Source of the DNA: the human T2T-CHM13v2.0 reference genome, Homo sapiens | DNA: 64,000 nucleotides | Direction: 5' to 3' (one strand) | NCBI RefSeq assembly: GCF_009914755.1 | Contig: NC_060945.1 | Shown here: positions 1-12,650 of the stretch, in pieces | Layout: every line of letters starts with the position of its first letter | Position numbering within the stretch: the stretch's first letter is position 1 | Made by a program: the position numbers and the translations under genes | Notes under the pieces: model-generated | Database searches by the model: none | The model's input: only the letters and a program-made list of their open reading frames with translations | What the model was told of the DNA's origin: nothing

Positions 1-180
1 TGGAAAAGGGAGAGAGAAACCCCAGACAAAACCCACCTGATGCATCACAGATGCTGCAGACCGAGGCCTGGAGAAAAAAAGGGGGACTTGATTCCCTTTG
101 ATATTGGGAGAAGTCTGTTTCCCAAGCTGTGGCCACTGAAACGAAACTGCTGAGATCCCCATACCTAAGAAGGAACTTTT

Positions 181-393
181 GGACACAGGAAGGGGAACAT
201 CACACACCGGGGACTGTTGTGGGGTGGGGGGAGAGGGGAGGGATAGCATTAGGAGATATACCTAATGCTAAATGACGAGTTAATGGGTGCAGCACACCAA
301 CATGGCACATGTATACATATGTAACAAACCTGCACGTTGTGCACACATACCCTAAAACTTAAAGTATAATAATAATAAAATTAAAAAAAAAAG
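181..393 (+). mobile_element. 5'-truncated L1PA 3' end (L1PA2/3-like)
   Basis: Canonical L1 3'UTR (GGACACAGGAAGGGGAACATCACAC...GCTAAATGACGAGTTAATGGG...) with A-tail. TSD AAGAAGGAACTTTT(GGACA) at 167-185 and 394-412. The GAG diagnostic argues against L1HS-Ta. Confidence 0.95.
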
Positions 394-909
394 AAGAAGG
401 AACTTTTGGACAATAGGCGTTCTTCCATTATAGGATGAAAGGGTAGGTGGGGCTGGAAGTATACTCAGCAGTGGACACTCTTTTCCCCACAAGGAGCTTT
501 TTTACTTTTAAAAACTAAAACTGAAATGAATTGTTATAAAATATCACATCATATTAAAATATAAAATATTTTATATTGAAACATATATTCAATATATCTT
601 GGCACTCTGTATATGAAATATTATATCATACCTGATGATATCATAAAATATCATTTTAAATTATATTAATACAAGTTTGTTTTATAAAACCTAAAAAATA
701 ACCAAGAAATAAAGCAGGGAAAAAAACCTTGATGACTGCTTCTCAGAAGCTTGCTTATACGATTTCCCCTTTTGAAAATTAAGTTTTTTTTCAGAATACT
801 CTGTTTTCTTAGTTATCAATGTGTGAGTACAGGTCAAATGACTTATAATGAAAATTGTTAATATGGAAAGTTTTGTATTTCCTTAGGCTGAGTTTTTTTA
901 ATAAATAAA

Positions 910-1110
910 CTTAAAATTTGGAAGAGTTCTAGATTTACGGAAAAGTTGCAAAGAGAGTGTTGAGAGCTCCCCTTGGATCTCCCTCACCCAGGTTCTGTTC
1001 CCTTAATGTGACCGTCTTATGTCACCACAGGGCACTCGTTGAATCTGAGAAACCAAGCTTGTTGAAACTAAACTAAATGGGCTTCAGATATAGGTTTACC
1101 TTTGGATCAC
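910..1110 (-). mobile_element. old L1M (L1MC/MD-like) 3' fragment
   Basis: AGATTTACGGAAAAGTTGCAAAGAGAG...CTCACCCAG resembles the antisense 3' end of L1MC/MD. Confidence 0.6.
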
Positions 1111-1149
1111 TGCAATATCTCCCTCCTCACCCATCTTTCAGATTAGTAA

Positions 1150-1414
<265 letters not shown>

Positions 1415-1425
1415 CAGATTAGTAG

Positions 1426-1647
<222 letters not shown>

Positions 1648-1962
1648 GGACAGATTAGTAGTTTTTAAAGGTCTTATATCTCTCATTCTTGAATACAATA
1701 TAATTACCTAATTTAAATCACTTGTTTCAAATTTCTGGAACTCATTTTCGCTGCGAAAGAATACTAGCCATGATTATCAAATATGTGCTTTTATCTGTGG
1801 TAGTTTAAGCAGAATAACTAAGCAACAATACAATAGGCCCTCCTCCTGGGGTTACTGTGTAATCCACATATTGAGGTGCCCAACAAAACAGAGTCCTTAA
1901 ATGTCTTACAGTTATGGTTCTTTCTTTATTCTACATTTTTTAAAACGATGAAGAAGGAAGGC

Positions 1963-2130
1963 TGTATCAGAGTCCTGGTAGAAAACATGACACACTCAAG
2001 TGAAGCAACCGAGGACACGTTAAGACATTTATTCACAGAGCTACGGGCAAGTGGAAGGAGACTCTTGGGGTAGTGCAGTACTTTGGAGCTAGCAAGAGTG
2101 GGGAGCTGTTAGGATTCCTAGGCTTGGGAG
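1963..2130. mobile_element. old ERVL/MaLR-type LTR fragment
   Basis: TGTATCAGAGTCCTGGTAGAAAACATGACACACTCAAG... resembles ancient LTRs; subfamily uncertain. Confidence 0.4.
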
Positions 2131-3259
2131 GAGCAACTGCAAAAAATGATGGCAACATATATGCAAACAGACATCAACAGTTAGGTCTGTATTCTCAAAC
2201 AGACTTCAAAAGTAATTTAACACAATTGTTCGTGTGTCCTTCAGTCTAGACACTGTTATTCACATCAGCTGTGCAGGACTGAACAAAGAGAGAAATCAGA
2301 ACTTCTGGCAAAATAAAGGGATAACATGTCTCGTTCAACTTGAGAATCACAATTCCCCTGCTGTTTCTGGTAAATGCTATGCCTCATGGAAGCTGGTCAG
2401 AGCTTTGTCAGGCTTTCTAGAATTAGTATAGTCAGCATCTTTGCTGCAGAATAAGCTGTCCCTGCTTCATTATGCAAGCTGCACTGTGAATGTTTGCTGT
2501 GACGCTGCCGTCCTCAGTGCCTGATGCTGGTTTTGCATTTGAGTTTCATTCTTTTTCTGTATTCATGCGGTTGGGAGTTGTTTCCTGCATAACAGCACCA
2601 TTAACAGCTACACCTCATTTTCTATCAATTCCTTAAGATTTGGATGGAAGAAATTCCTAAATCACATTCCTTGTCAGACAGTTTGCATGTCAGTTTAAGG
2701 TCATTAAATCCACCATGATTTCTGAAATTTCTCTTTTGCTCTTCAGTTTGTGAACATGGATTTGTAAGTCACCATTCCAACCAGGATGCATACACTGAAA
2801 TGCATATCCAGATTAATAACAGGCTAGGAAGAATAATGAGTTCTCTCTCTCTTCATTCATTCACACATTTGTGTTTAGACAAAGACATTTTGGACCAAAT
2901 CATCTATAACTGACTGAAACTCCGTTTTGATTGTCTTAATAAGAAATGAATTTGTAGAACATTTTAAGGGCTTTATTAATAGGTTATAAGTTTACGATAA
3001 AAGCAAAATAACTTAAAATTTTTTAAAAGGTTGAAAAAGAATGTATTACTAGGCTTATAGGTTAGATAAATATGAAAATATGAAAAATTTGAAGAGATCA
3101 TATTCAAAATAAATTAAGAAACCAATTTTTATGTTAAATGATTAATAAATGAGTTGGTGTCTGTATGGGGGAGTTTTCTTTTGGTGTGCAATAGCGCTTG
3201 TCTTCAATATTATCAACAAATACTCTGGAAACAGGTATCAGTGACACCCAAAATATTAC

Positions 3260-3495
3260 CAGCAGCAATAGTAAACATAAGTGACAGTGAGTAAGTGCTA
3301 ACCATGCCCCAGCTGTGTGCAGAGGACTCTGTAGGATGATCTCACTTAATACCCACAGAACATAGGTCTTGTAATGAACCTATTATTATCCAAGGGAATG
3401 GAGGCAAAGAACGGAAGTATACCCAAGATGGCAAAGGGTTGGAGCAAAAATCTGGACCCAGTTTTTCTGATTCCATTGCCCAGGCTCCTAACCAC
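3260..3495 (-). mobile_element. MIR
   Basis: Degenerate MIR (ATCTCACTTAATACCCACA...GGAGGCA...TCTGATTCC...CCTAACCAC). Confidence 0.6.
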
Positions 3496-4621
3496 AAGAC
3501 TCTGCTCTTGCCCAGTGATTCAAATTCGTGCTTGCTTTGCAGCTGGGATCGAGGCAGGGGATGTCTGTGAGAATCTGGGCCACCCTGAATGAGAACAGGA
3601 ATCCTTCAAAATGAAACTTATCATGATTCACTACTTCATGAAGCTGCCCTGGCATCCTAAAACTCTCCTCGCAAATATAGAGAAGTGAGAAGTTTTTCAG
3701 CAATGACATCTACAAAAAAGACTAGAGGGTCTAATGATTAACATTTTTGAAATGAGTTCATTGTATGATTTGGCTGCTATAAGTGCTAGACAGCATATGG
3801 GAATGTGTTTTATAAGCCATAAGTCACTACAAAATGTCACATGTACGTATATGCTGTAATGATAGGTGTTGATTCTGCTATAAAGCTAGGGACCACATGT
3901 GGGAAAGTGTTCTGTAAATCATAAATTACTATACAATGTCAAATATGTATATGCATGTGCCATTGATAGATATTGACTCTCAGAAGAAGGAAATGAAGCA
4001 TGTCTTCTTGGGAAGGGAGGTTGGAGGGATTGATTGTCTCCTCTATGAGTCATCATCCCTATTTGTTTCTGAAAGATTTGGCGTGGTCTGTCTGGACATG
4101 AAGCATGGGGACAGAAAAGCAATAAGAAGGGAGGGAGAATCTCTCTCAACAGGTCTTGCTGAAGGCTGGCATCACACCCCAGGGGCCTAGGCAGTGTGTA
4201 AAGCTGATTTATTTCTCTGGTAAGTTGCTTTTATTCATAGATTGTTCTCTTGCTGAGTAATCCCTCAGTGGAGGTGATGTCTGTTACCACAGCTCATCAC
4301 TGACTCTTTCTGCAGACCTCAGGAGCCCTCAATCCCTGTGGCTTCTCTTGCCAAGGGCAATTTGTCCTAATGTCCCAATCAAACAGTGTTATGGTTCCCC
4401 GCAGGGCAGATGGACCCCCACCCAAAGTTTGTTTTGAATGCGCAGACAGAGGTGCACATAATCCAATCCATACACAATCCAAGAGGGCACGAAAAGCATT
4501 GCAACTTACATAATTGTGGTCTCTGGGGAGGGCAGAGTGGGCCTCTCAAACAGGCTAAAATGGCTTAGAGAATAGGAAAGGACACTGACCTGGTGGTTAA
4601 GGGATAGAGCAGGCTGAAAGA

Positions 4622-4633
4622 GCCCTCTAGTGA
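4622..4633 (-). promoter_or_regulatory. CTCF-like motif
   Basis: Reverse strand TCACTAGAGGGC vs core CCACYAGRKGGC (1 mismatch); motif only. Confidence 0.3.
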
Positions 4634-5519
4634 GCCAGTGGGCACATGCTTGCATGGTTTGAACCTCCGGGCAGTGCCAACAGAGGGAGGCCCCAGGCTT
4701 TCTTTGCAGCTTGTCCAGGTGTGGGGCACAAGGAAGAAGAAGGGGAAGCCCCAAAGCTAAAGCCAAGCAGACTCCTCATCTACCAGCAGGCTCTACACCA
4801 TGCATGCCAGGCAAGTGGTGGGATTCTTGCAGGTGACCTTTTCCTGGGCGGCAGGCCCATCCCGACACAGCCACCTTGCCTCAGAATCCTCTGGAAGAAG
4901 CCAGCCAGCTGGTCTTTAGAACCTTGGAAGTCTTAGGAAAAATCAGACCTATGTGTTGCCCCTTGTCCCTTGCCCTTTTTCTCTTGGTAAAGAAATTCTC
5001 TTCAAAGCCCTTCCTGTCTTCACACACACCCACCCTTGAACACCTGTGGTGACGAGGAACTCATGGGGATTGTATCTGCTTTTCATTTTGGGACTACATC
5101 TGTTGAGATTTGCTTCTTGGTCTGGCATTTTAGTTTGGAACTGCATAACTATTGTACCTTGGAGGAACATTTTAATATCCTGCTACAGTTGTTTACTTAT
5201 TACTTATTACTGGCTTCTTGCTTATTACATAATTTATCCTTCAATTACTTCTCAAAGGGATTAGAGAAGATTGACAACATGGAAATTCATATGCTGTCAT
5301 CCAGTTTCAAGTACAGTCAGCATTCTCCTCCCAGTGGGAAATGGCTTTGATGTTCCTCATGGTTTCTCAAAGACACCAATGGATGTACTCAAGAGGGTGA
5401 TAACTATGTCTATGGTAAATATATTTCTTAAAGCTTTATTTAAAATGAATTATTTTTAATCAGGTAACTTAGGTATATTCCAGTATCATCAATAGAGCTT
5501 TTTCTCTGTGTGTGGTTTT

Positions 5520-5695
5520 CCTTTTGTTTTGTTTTGTTTCTTTTTTAAGAGATAGGATCTCGCTCTATTACCCAGGCTGGAGTGCAGTGGTGCAATCCTA
5601 GCTCACTGCAGCCTCAAACTCCTTGGCTCAAGCAATCCTCTCAACTCAGCCTCTCAAAAGTAGCTGGGACTAGAGGTGCAAGCCGCTGCACTTGG
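5520..5695 (-). mobile_element. Alu right monomer (FRAM/AluJ)
   Basis: T-rich tail plus a single Alu arm with J-type GCAGCCTCAAACTCC. Confidence 0.85.
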
Positions 5696-5729
5696 TAAAC
5701 AGAGCATTTTTTTTTTTTAAGAAAAAAAT

Positions 5730-5858
5730 TGATGTGCCTGGATCCACCCTCAGGTATTCTATTTTAGTAGGTATGGAATATATCTAGTATATCTAGGTAT
5801 TTTCATTGACCATCAAAAGCTGCACAGGTGATTCTGATGCATGCCCTGGTTCAAACCT
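5730..5858. mobile_element. MER5-type hAT MITE fragment
   Basis: CAGGTGATTCTGATGCA motif. Confidence 0.55.
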
Positions 5859-6166
5859 ATCCCTCCCCAAACCATAACTTATCTAATTAGTCTATCTCTG
5901 CAGATCCAATCTTCTTTACCTTTTTTGTTTTTAAATCTAGAATTCTACAAATAAATGAAACATTTCTCAGCGTGTCTTACCCATGCTGGACAATATGTCT
6001 CAGTTATTTCACTATTTGTCTCAGGGAAAGGTTTTCTGATGATGGCAAATAGAATAGGGAATCTCACAGTATGAGTAGGATAGAAGTATTGAGCCGCAAG
6101 GGAGTGCCCTATTTTGTATATGTCTGTCCTTATCTTCCAATTCTAATGAAAAATGCCCTGCCCCTC

Positions 6167-8434
6167 TGATATGGTTTGGCTCTGTGTCCTCACCCAAATC
6201 TCATCTTGTAGCTCCCATAATTCTCACGTGTTGTGAGAGGGAGCCGGTGGGAGATGATTGAATCATGGGGGAATTCTTTCCCATGCTTTTCTCATGATAG
6301 TGAATGGGTCTCACAAGGCACGATTGTTTTAAAAACAGGAGTTTCTCTGCACAAGCTCTTTTTGCCTGCTGCCATCTACTTAAGATGTAACTTGCTCCTC
6401 CTTGCCTTCTGCCGTGGTTGTTAGGCCTCCCCAGCCATTTGGATCTGTAAGTCCAATAAACCTCTTTCTTTTGTAAATTGCCCAGTCTAAGGTATGTCTT
6501 TATCAGCAGCATGAGAACAGACTAATACAGTAAATTACTACCAGTAGAGTGGGGCATTGCTGAAAAGATACCCAAAAATGTGGAAACGACTTTGGAATTG
6601 GGTAACAGGCAGAGGTTAGAACAGATTGGAGGGCTAAGAAGAAGACAGGAAATTGTGGAAATGTTTGGAACTTCCTAGAGGCTTGTTGAATGGCTTTGAC
6701 CAAAATGCTGATAATAATATGAACAATGAAATCCAGGCTGAGGTGGTCTCAGATGGAGATGAGGAACTTGTTGGGAACTGGAGCAAAGGTGATTGTTATG
6801 TTTTAGCAAAGAGACTGGTGGCATTTTTCCCCTACCCTAGAGATTTGTGGAACTTTGAACTTGAGAGAGATGATTTAGGGCATCTGGTGGAAGAAATTTC
6901 TAAGCAGCAGAGCATTCAAGATGTGACTTGGGTGCTGTTAAAGGCATTCAGTTTTATAAAGGAAGCAGAGCATAAAAGTTCAGAAAATTTGCAGTCTGAC
7001 AATGCAATAGAAAAAAAAAATTCATTTTCTGAGGAGAAATCCAAATCAGCTGCAGAAATTTGTGTAATGAGCAGCCAAATGTTAATCCCCAAGACCATGC
7101 GGAAAATGTCTCTAGGCCATGTCAGAGATCTTCATGGCAGCCCCTCTCATCACAGGCCTGGAGGCCTAGAAGGAAAAAGTGATTTTGTGGGCTGGGCCCA
7201 GGGTCCCCATGCTGTGTGCAGCCTAGGGATTTGGTGCCCTGCATCCCAGCCGCTCCAGCTGTGGCTGAAAGGGGCCAATGTAGAGCTCAGGCTGTGGCTT
7301 CCGTGGATGCAAGCCCCAAGCCTTGGCAGTGTGGTGTTGAGCCTGCAGGTGCACAGAAGTCAAGAACTGAGGTTTGGACACCTCTGCCTAGATTTCACAG
7401 GATGTAGGGAAATGCCTGGATGTCCAGGCAGAATTTTGCTGCAGGGGCAGGACCCTCATGGAAAACCTCTACTAGGGCAGTGCAGAAGGGAAATGTGGGG
7501 TTGAAGCCCCCACACAGAGTCCCTACTGGGGCACCACCTTGTGCAGCTGTGAGAAGAGGGCCACCATCTTCCAGACCCCAGAATGGTAGATCCACTGACA
7601 GGTTGCACTGTGCACCTGGAAAAACTACAGACATTCAACACCAGCATGAAAGCAGCTGGGAGGGAGGCTGTACCCTGCAGAGCCACAGGGGCAGAGCTGT
7701 CCAAGACCATGGGAACCCACCTTTTGCATCAGCATGACCCAGATGTGAGACGTGGAGTCAAAGGAGATCATTTTGGAGCTTTAAGATTTGACTGCCCTGC
7801 TGGATTTCAGATTTGCATGGGGCCTGTAGCCCCTTTGTTTTTGCCAATTTCTCCCATTTGGAATGGCTGTATTTACCCAATGGCTGTACCCCCATTGCAT
7901 CTAGGAAGTGACTAAGTTGCTTTTGATTTTACAGGCTCATAGGTGGAAGGGACTTGCCTTGTCTCAGATGAGACTTTGGACTGTGGACTTTTGAGTTAAT
8001 GCTGAAATGAATTAAGACTTTGGGGGACTGTTGGGAAGGCATAATTGGTTTTGAAATGTGAAGATATGAGATTTGGGAGGGGCCAGGGGTGGAATGATAT
8101 GATTTGGCTCTGTGTCCCCACCCAAATCTCATCTTGTAGCTTCCATAATTACCACATGTTGTGAGAGGAACCCAGTGAGAGATGATTGAATCATGGGGGT
8201 GGGTCTTTCCTGTGCTGTTCTCATGCTAGTGAATGGATTTCATGAGATCTGATGGTTTTAAAAATGGGAGTTTCTCTGCATAAGCTCTCTTTTTGCCTGC
8301 TGCCATCTTGCCTTCCATCATGATTGTGAGGCCTCCCCAGCCATGTAGAACTGTAAGTCTAATAAACCTCTTTCTTTTGTAAATTGCCCAGTCTTGGGTA
8401 TGTATTTGTCAGCATGTAAAAACAGACTAATACA
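6167..8434 (+). mobile_element. full-length THE1 (THE1A/B-like) MaLR: LTR 6167-6529, internal 6530-8094, LTR 8095-8434
   Basis: Both LTRs run TGATATG(G/A)TTTGGC...GACTAATACA; ~1.57-kb THE1-int; TSD CCCTC/CCTTC. The 283-aa ORF 6653-7504 lies within the internal region. Confidence 0.96.
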
Positions 8435-9169
8435 CCTTCCCTCCAATGGCTTTATTTCCATATTTTGCTGGACCAATTTTCACCTTCATTTTTAACTCCC
8501 TCATTTGTTTTGTCTTGCAAGCTTAACTAAGGTTTGAGGTGGGCAGACATTTCTGAAGACAGTGATCTCTTTTTAATGACATGCCACAGTTGGAAGCTAC
8601 CTTGTTAGGAAGTACAAAACTGGGAGGCATTTGTCTTACACTTTCATCTGGTAAAGTGATTCAAAGACCAATTCAAACTTCGTTGAAATTATAGTAACAT
8701 TTTAGAAAATGACACACACAAACCCAAATGGCACATGCAAATGCAAACCTTAGCATGCAGAATCCTTGGAATTGCCAAATGTTCACCAAATGAGGTGTAC
8801 ATTTCTGTGAGTATAATGGATAGCATTAAAGATTAAGAATGCTGGAAACTCTGTGTTGGATTAATGTCCAGAAACTTCTGATTAGTTTTAAACACAGTAA
8901 CTTAGAACACAACAGCTTTCCCCTTTTTATTTTTATTATGCCAGAAATTGTGTGGTAAAGTTTTCACTGTAGAAAAAAATTAGAAAACATTAAAATATCA
9001 CAAGCCTGCCTCAATGTCACCACCCACTAATAAGCAATATAAATAATTTGGTTTATATTTCCATAAAATTAGTTAAAAGGGTATCATGTTATATACTATT
9101 TTTAGCTGTTTAGCTCAGTGATGAAAATACCATAGAACTTTTCTTTTAAAATAGATAATAGTTCAGGGT

Positions 9170-9385
9170 TTATTAATTGAGCATCTTCTGTATATCAGGC
9201 ATTTGAGGTATTGGGATAGAGTGGGGAGCTCACAGAACTTTCAGTTGAGTGGAGGAGTTAGTCATTAATGAAGACACATGCAGGGTGTGAGGAGAGGCTG
9301 AAATGGGGCTGGGGTTGGTTTAATTTGAAGGTCAAGAAGGAACTACAGGAAGAAGGGACATTTGAGCTGATATCTGAGGAATGAG
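9170..9385 (-). mobile_element. L2 fragment
   Basis: TTAATTGAGCATCTTCTGTATATCAGGCA...GACATTTGAGCTG. Confidence 0.55.
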
Positions 9386-10023
9386 AGAGAGATAGCAGGG
9401 AAACAGCTGGTCTGTCCAGACATGATAATCTCATATTTATTCCATGTTTTAGGTGCAGCTTCAAACTTACCATCTTAGCATTGTAAGAAGCCTCCCCTTC
9501 TGCCTCTCCTGCCCCTCTACCTTACCTTGTGGCTCTTTTCTTGGGTCAGGAGCCTGGAGGTCTGGGAGTCCAGCTCTGAGCCTGCTCCCTGCTCATACCT
9601 GCTGTTTCTCTCTTCTGTTACACATCCTTCTCTCTCTGACTCAGCTAGGTCCAATACTAGGTCTTTTCTCAATAGGAGAATCGTGTATTAGGAGAGAAAT
9701 TTTCTATTCTTATCACCAATTACAAGATGCCAAGAAAAGCTTATTCAATAAAATATGTGGTGCAATTGTGAGATTCCCTTCATTGCAGGTGAGAATATTC
9801 TTCCAACAGAGTTGAGGTCAAATTCTCCCAGCAGTTACCGGGTGACTCTGTCATTGTGAGCACAATGTAAGTAAGCAAGAAGTTGGGTTTTCCAGGCCCT
9901 ACAGTATGCATCTGAATAGCACTCATCACACGGTTTGGGGGAACCAGTCTCTTCCTCTTTACTAGAGGTGTAACTAGGGCAGGTTATTGAAACTCTGCTA
10001 ACCTCAGTTTTCTCACTGATAAA

Positions 10024-10406
10024 TGTCCTAATAAGCTCAGACTACTATAACAGAATACCACATACTTTGTGGCTTAAACAAGAGAAATTTATTTTCTCAC
10101 AGTTCTGGAGGCTGGATGTCCAAAATAATGGGTGCTGGCTGATTCAGCTTGTGGTGAGGGCTCTCCTCCTAGCTTGCAGACCGCCACCTTCCCATTGTAT
10201 CCTCACATATGGTGAAGAGGGAGGGAGCTCTGGTCTCTGTTCCTCTTCTTACAGGGATGTTAATCCCATTATAGAGACCCCCACTCTCATGACCTCATCT
10301 AACTTTATCAGCCTCCCAAAGGCCTCACCACGCAAATACCATCACATTGGGGGTAAGTGCTTCAACATATGAATTTGGGGGGAACACAAATATTGAGTCC
10401 ATAACA
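10024..10406 (-). mobile_element. MLT1A-like solo LTR
   Basis: TG...CA ends, TCTCACAGTTCTGGAGGCTGG, TTCAACATATGAATTTGGGG. Confidence 0.85.
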
Positions 10407-10429
10407 ATACAGTAGGGATGATGACACTG

Positions 10430-10980
10430 TTGTTGGCTTCTGTTGTTTTTGTCTGCTCAGCATCCCTTTCCTTGAGAAGCAGCCATGCACCATCTGGTGC
10501 TGGGGAGAGGCACTGCCAATGCCACAAGTCCCACCTCTCTGGTCATGGAGGGGGCCATGAAATTCAGGCCCAGCCAGTGATAGTGACCTATCCTTTTAGC
10601 CTCAGAGTCAGGCTCAAGGTTGTGAATGTGACTCAAATAAGGTCAATCAATCCTTCTCTGGGGTCTTATTTACAGATGATGAGCGAGACCCTGACTCTTT
10701 CCTAGGCCCATGAGCTAAAAAAAACTATGGGCAGCCATGGTCTCCATCGCACAGGAGAGATCTTGTCTGTAACAGGAAAGAATAAACCAAAAAGAGCTGA
10801 GAATAAGGGGATCAGGGAGAGAGGAAGGGGCCCGTAACAGTGGAGGAGACACCCACCCTTGTCATCCCTGAGGTTAACTTCACCCTTAGACTTCCCTGTG
10901 ATGCTTCTTTAGCATTCCTTTTCATTGGCATTAGTTTTGGTTGTGTTTTCATCGATTGGAACTTAAAAAGTTCTGGCTAA
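10430..10980 (+). mobile_element. old MaLR/ERVL LTR (MLT1K/LTR33-like)
   Basis: CAGGCCCAGCCAGT...ATGTGACTCAA...GTTTTCATCGATTGGAAC pattern. Confidence 0.5.
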
Positions 10981-11124
10981 ATAAAATATTGACTTTATAG
11001 AGTTGTGAAAATTAAATTTTGTATTATGTTAAGGGCTTCATTATCAGAGCCTCTGGAAAATGGAAAGTACTTAATAACTTATGGCTAATTGTATTGGTGG
11101 CCCTTCTCTCTGTTTTTCTGGAAC

Positions 11125-11290
11125 CTGGTTAGTAAACGGTGGTCCCTGTGGTCCAGTGGCATTGGCATCTCCCAGGAGCCAATTAGAAATGCTGAATCTC
11201 AGACCTCACCTAAAATCTGCTCAATCAGAATACGCATTTGGCAATGTCCATGCATGAATTGTATGCACATAAAGTATAAAAAGTACTGGC
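11125..11290. mobile_element. MER5A
   Basis: GTGGTCC...GGCATCTCCCAGGAGC..TTAGAAATGC.GAATCTCAG. Confidence 0.75.
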
Positions 11291-11292
11291 CT

Positions 11293-11622
11293 AACACCAA
11301 AAGCACAGGCAAGAAAAATAAAAATAGACAAATTAGACTCCATCAAAATTTAAAACTTCTGTGCATCAAAGTGCATAGAGTGAAAGGAAAATCATGTATC
11401 TGACAAGGCGTTAAAATCCAGAATATATAAGGAATGTCTACAACTCAACAGCAGCAAAACCCAAGTAACCCAATTAAAAATGGGCAAAGGACTTGAATTT
11501 CTCCAAAGATGATATAAAAATGGCAATAAACACAGGAAAAAATGCTCCACATCACTAATCACTAGGGGAATGCAAATCAAAACCACAATGAGATATTGCC
11601 TATAACCATTAGGATGGCTATG

Positions 11623-11661
<39 letters not shown>

Positions 11662-12330
11662 GCAAGTGTTGGTATAGATATGGAGAAATTGAAATGCTTG
11701 TGCAGTGTTGGTGGAAATGTTAAATGGTGCAGCTGCTATGGAAAATGTATGAGGTTTCCCCTAAAAATTAAAAATAAAATTACCATATAATCTAGCAATT
11801 CCACTTCTGGATATATAATGAATATAATTGAAAACAGGATGTCAGTGAGATATGTGCTTGCCCATGTTCATAGCAGCAATATTCCAAGTAGCCAAGAGGT
11901 GAAAGCAATGCCAGTGTCCACTGATGGATGCATGGATAAACAAGATGTGGTATATCCATACAATGAAATATTGTTTAGCCTTAAAAAGGAGGAAAATTCT
12001 AATACATCCTACAACATTAATAAACCTTGAGGACATTATACTAAGTTAAATAAGCCAGTCATAAACAGACAAATACTATATAAGTTCACTTATGTGGGGT
12101 ATCTAAGGTAGTCGAATTCATAAAACCAGAAAGTAGAATGGGGCTGTGGGGGTGGTGATGGGGGAATGGGGAGTTGTTCAATGGGCAAAGAGTTTTAGTC
12201 TTGCAAGATGAGAAGTTCTGGGGATTTGTCTCACAACAACGTGAATATACTTAACATGACTGAATTGTGCACTTGGAAATGGTTAACACTGTAAATTATG
12301 TTATGTACGTTTTACTAAATAAAAAAGAAA
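11293..12330 (+). mobile_element. L1MB 3' portion, with (CA)n at ~11624-11660
   Basis: ORF2 C-terminal region (GAATGCAAATCAAAACCACAATGAGATA) and L1MB-type 3'UTR. Confidence 0.9.
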
Positions 12331-12337
12331 TAAGACG

Positions 12338-12650
12338 GGCTGGGCGCGATGGCTCACGCCTGTAATCCCAGCACTTTGGGAGGCTGATGTGGGTGGATCA
12401 TGAGGTCAGGAGATCAAGACCATCCTGGCTAACATAGTGAAACCCTGTCTCTACTAAAAGTACAAAAAATTAGTTGGGCGTGGTGGCATGCACTTATAGT
12501 CCCAGCTACTCAGGAGGCTGAAGCAGGAGAATCACTTGAACCCAGGAGGCGGAGGTTGCAGTGAGCCAAGATTGTGCCACTGCACTCCAGCCTGGGTGAC
12601 AGAGCGAGACTCCGTCTCAACAAAAAAAAAAAAAAAGAAAGGAAGAAAGA
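12338..12650 (+). mobile_element. Alu (Sc/Y-like)
   Basis: Full dimer; TSD AAAGAAATAAGAC. Confidence 0.95.

Larger units (their letters stand above)
9940..11080 (+). mobile_element. MIR split by two LTR insertions
   Basis: MIR core CCTCAGTTTTCTCACTGATAAA at ~10000; 3' half resumes at ~10990. Confidence 0.55.

Noticed and set aside
6653-7504. 283-aa ORF as a host gene
   Set aside because: Lies wholly within THE1-int; decayed MaLR internal ORF with a non-ATG start
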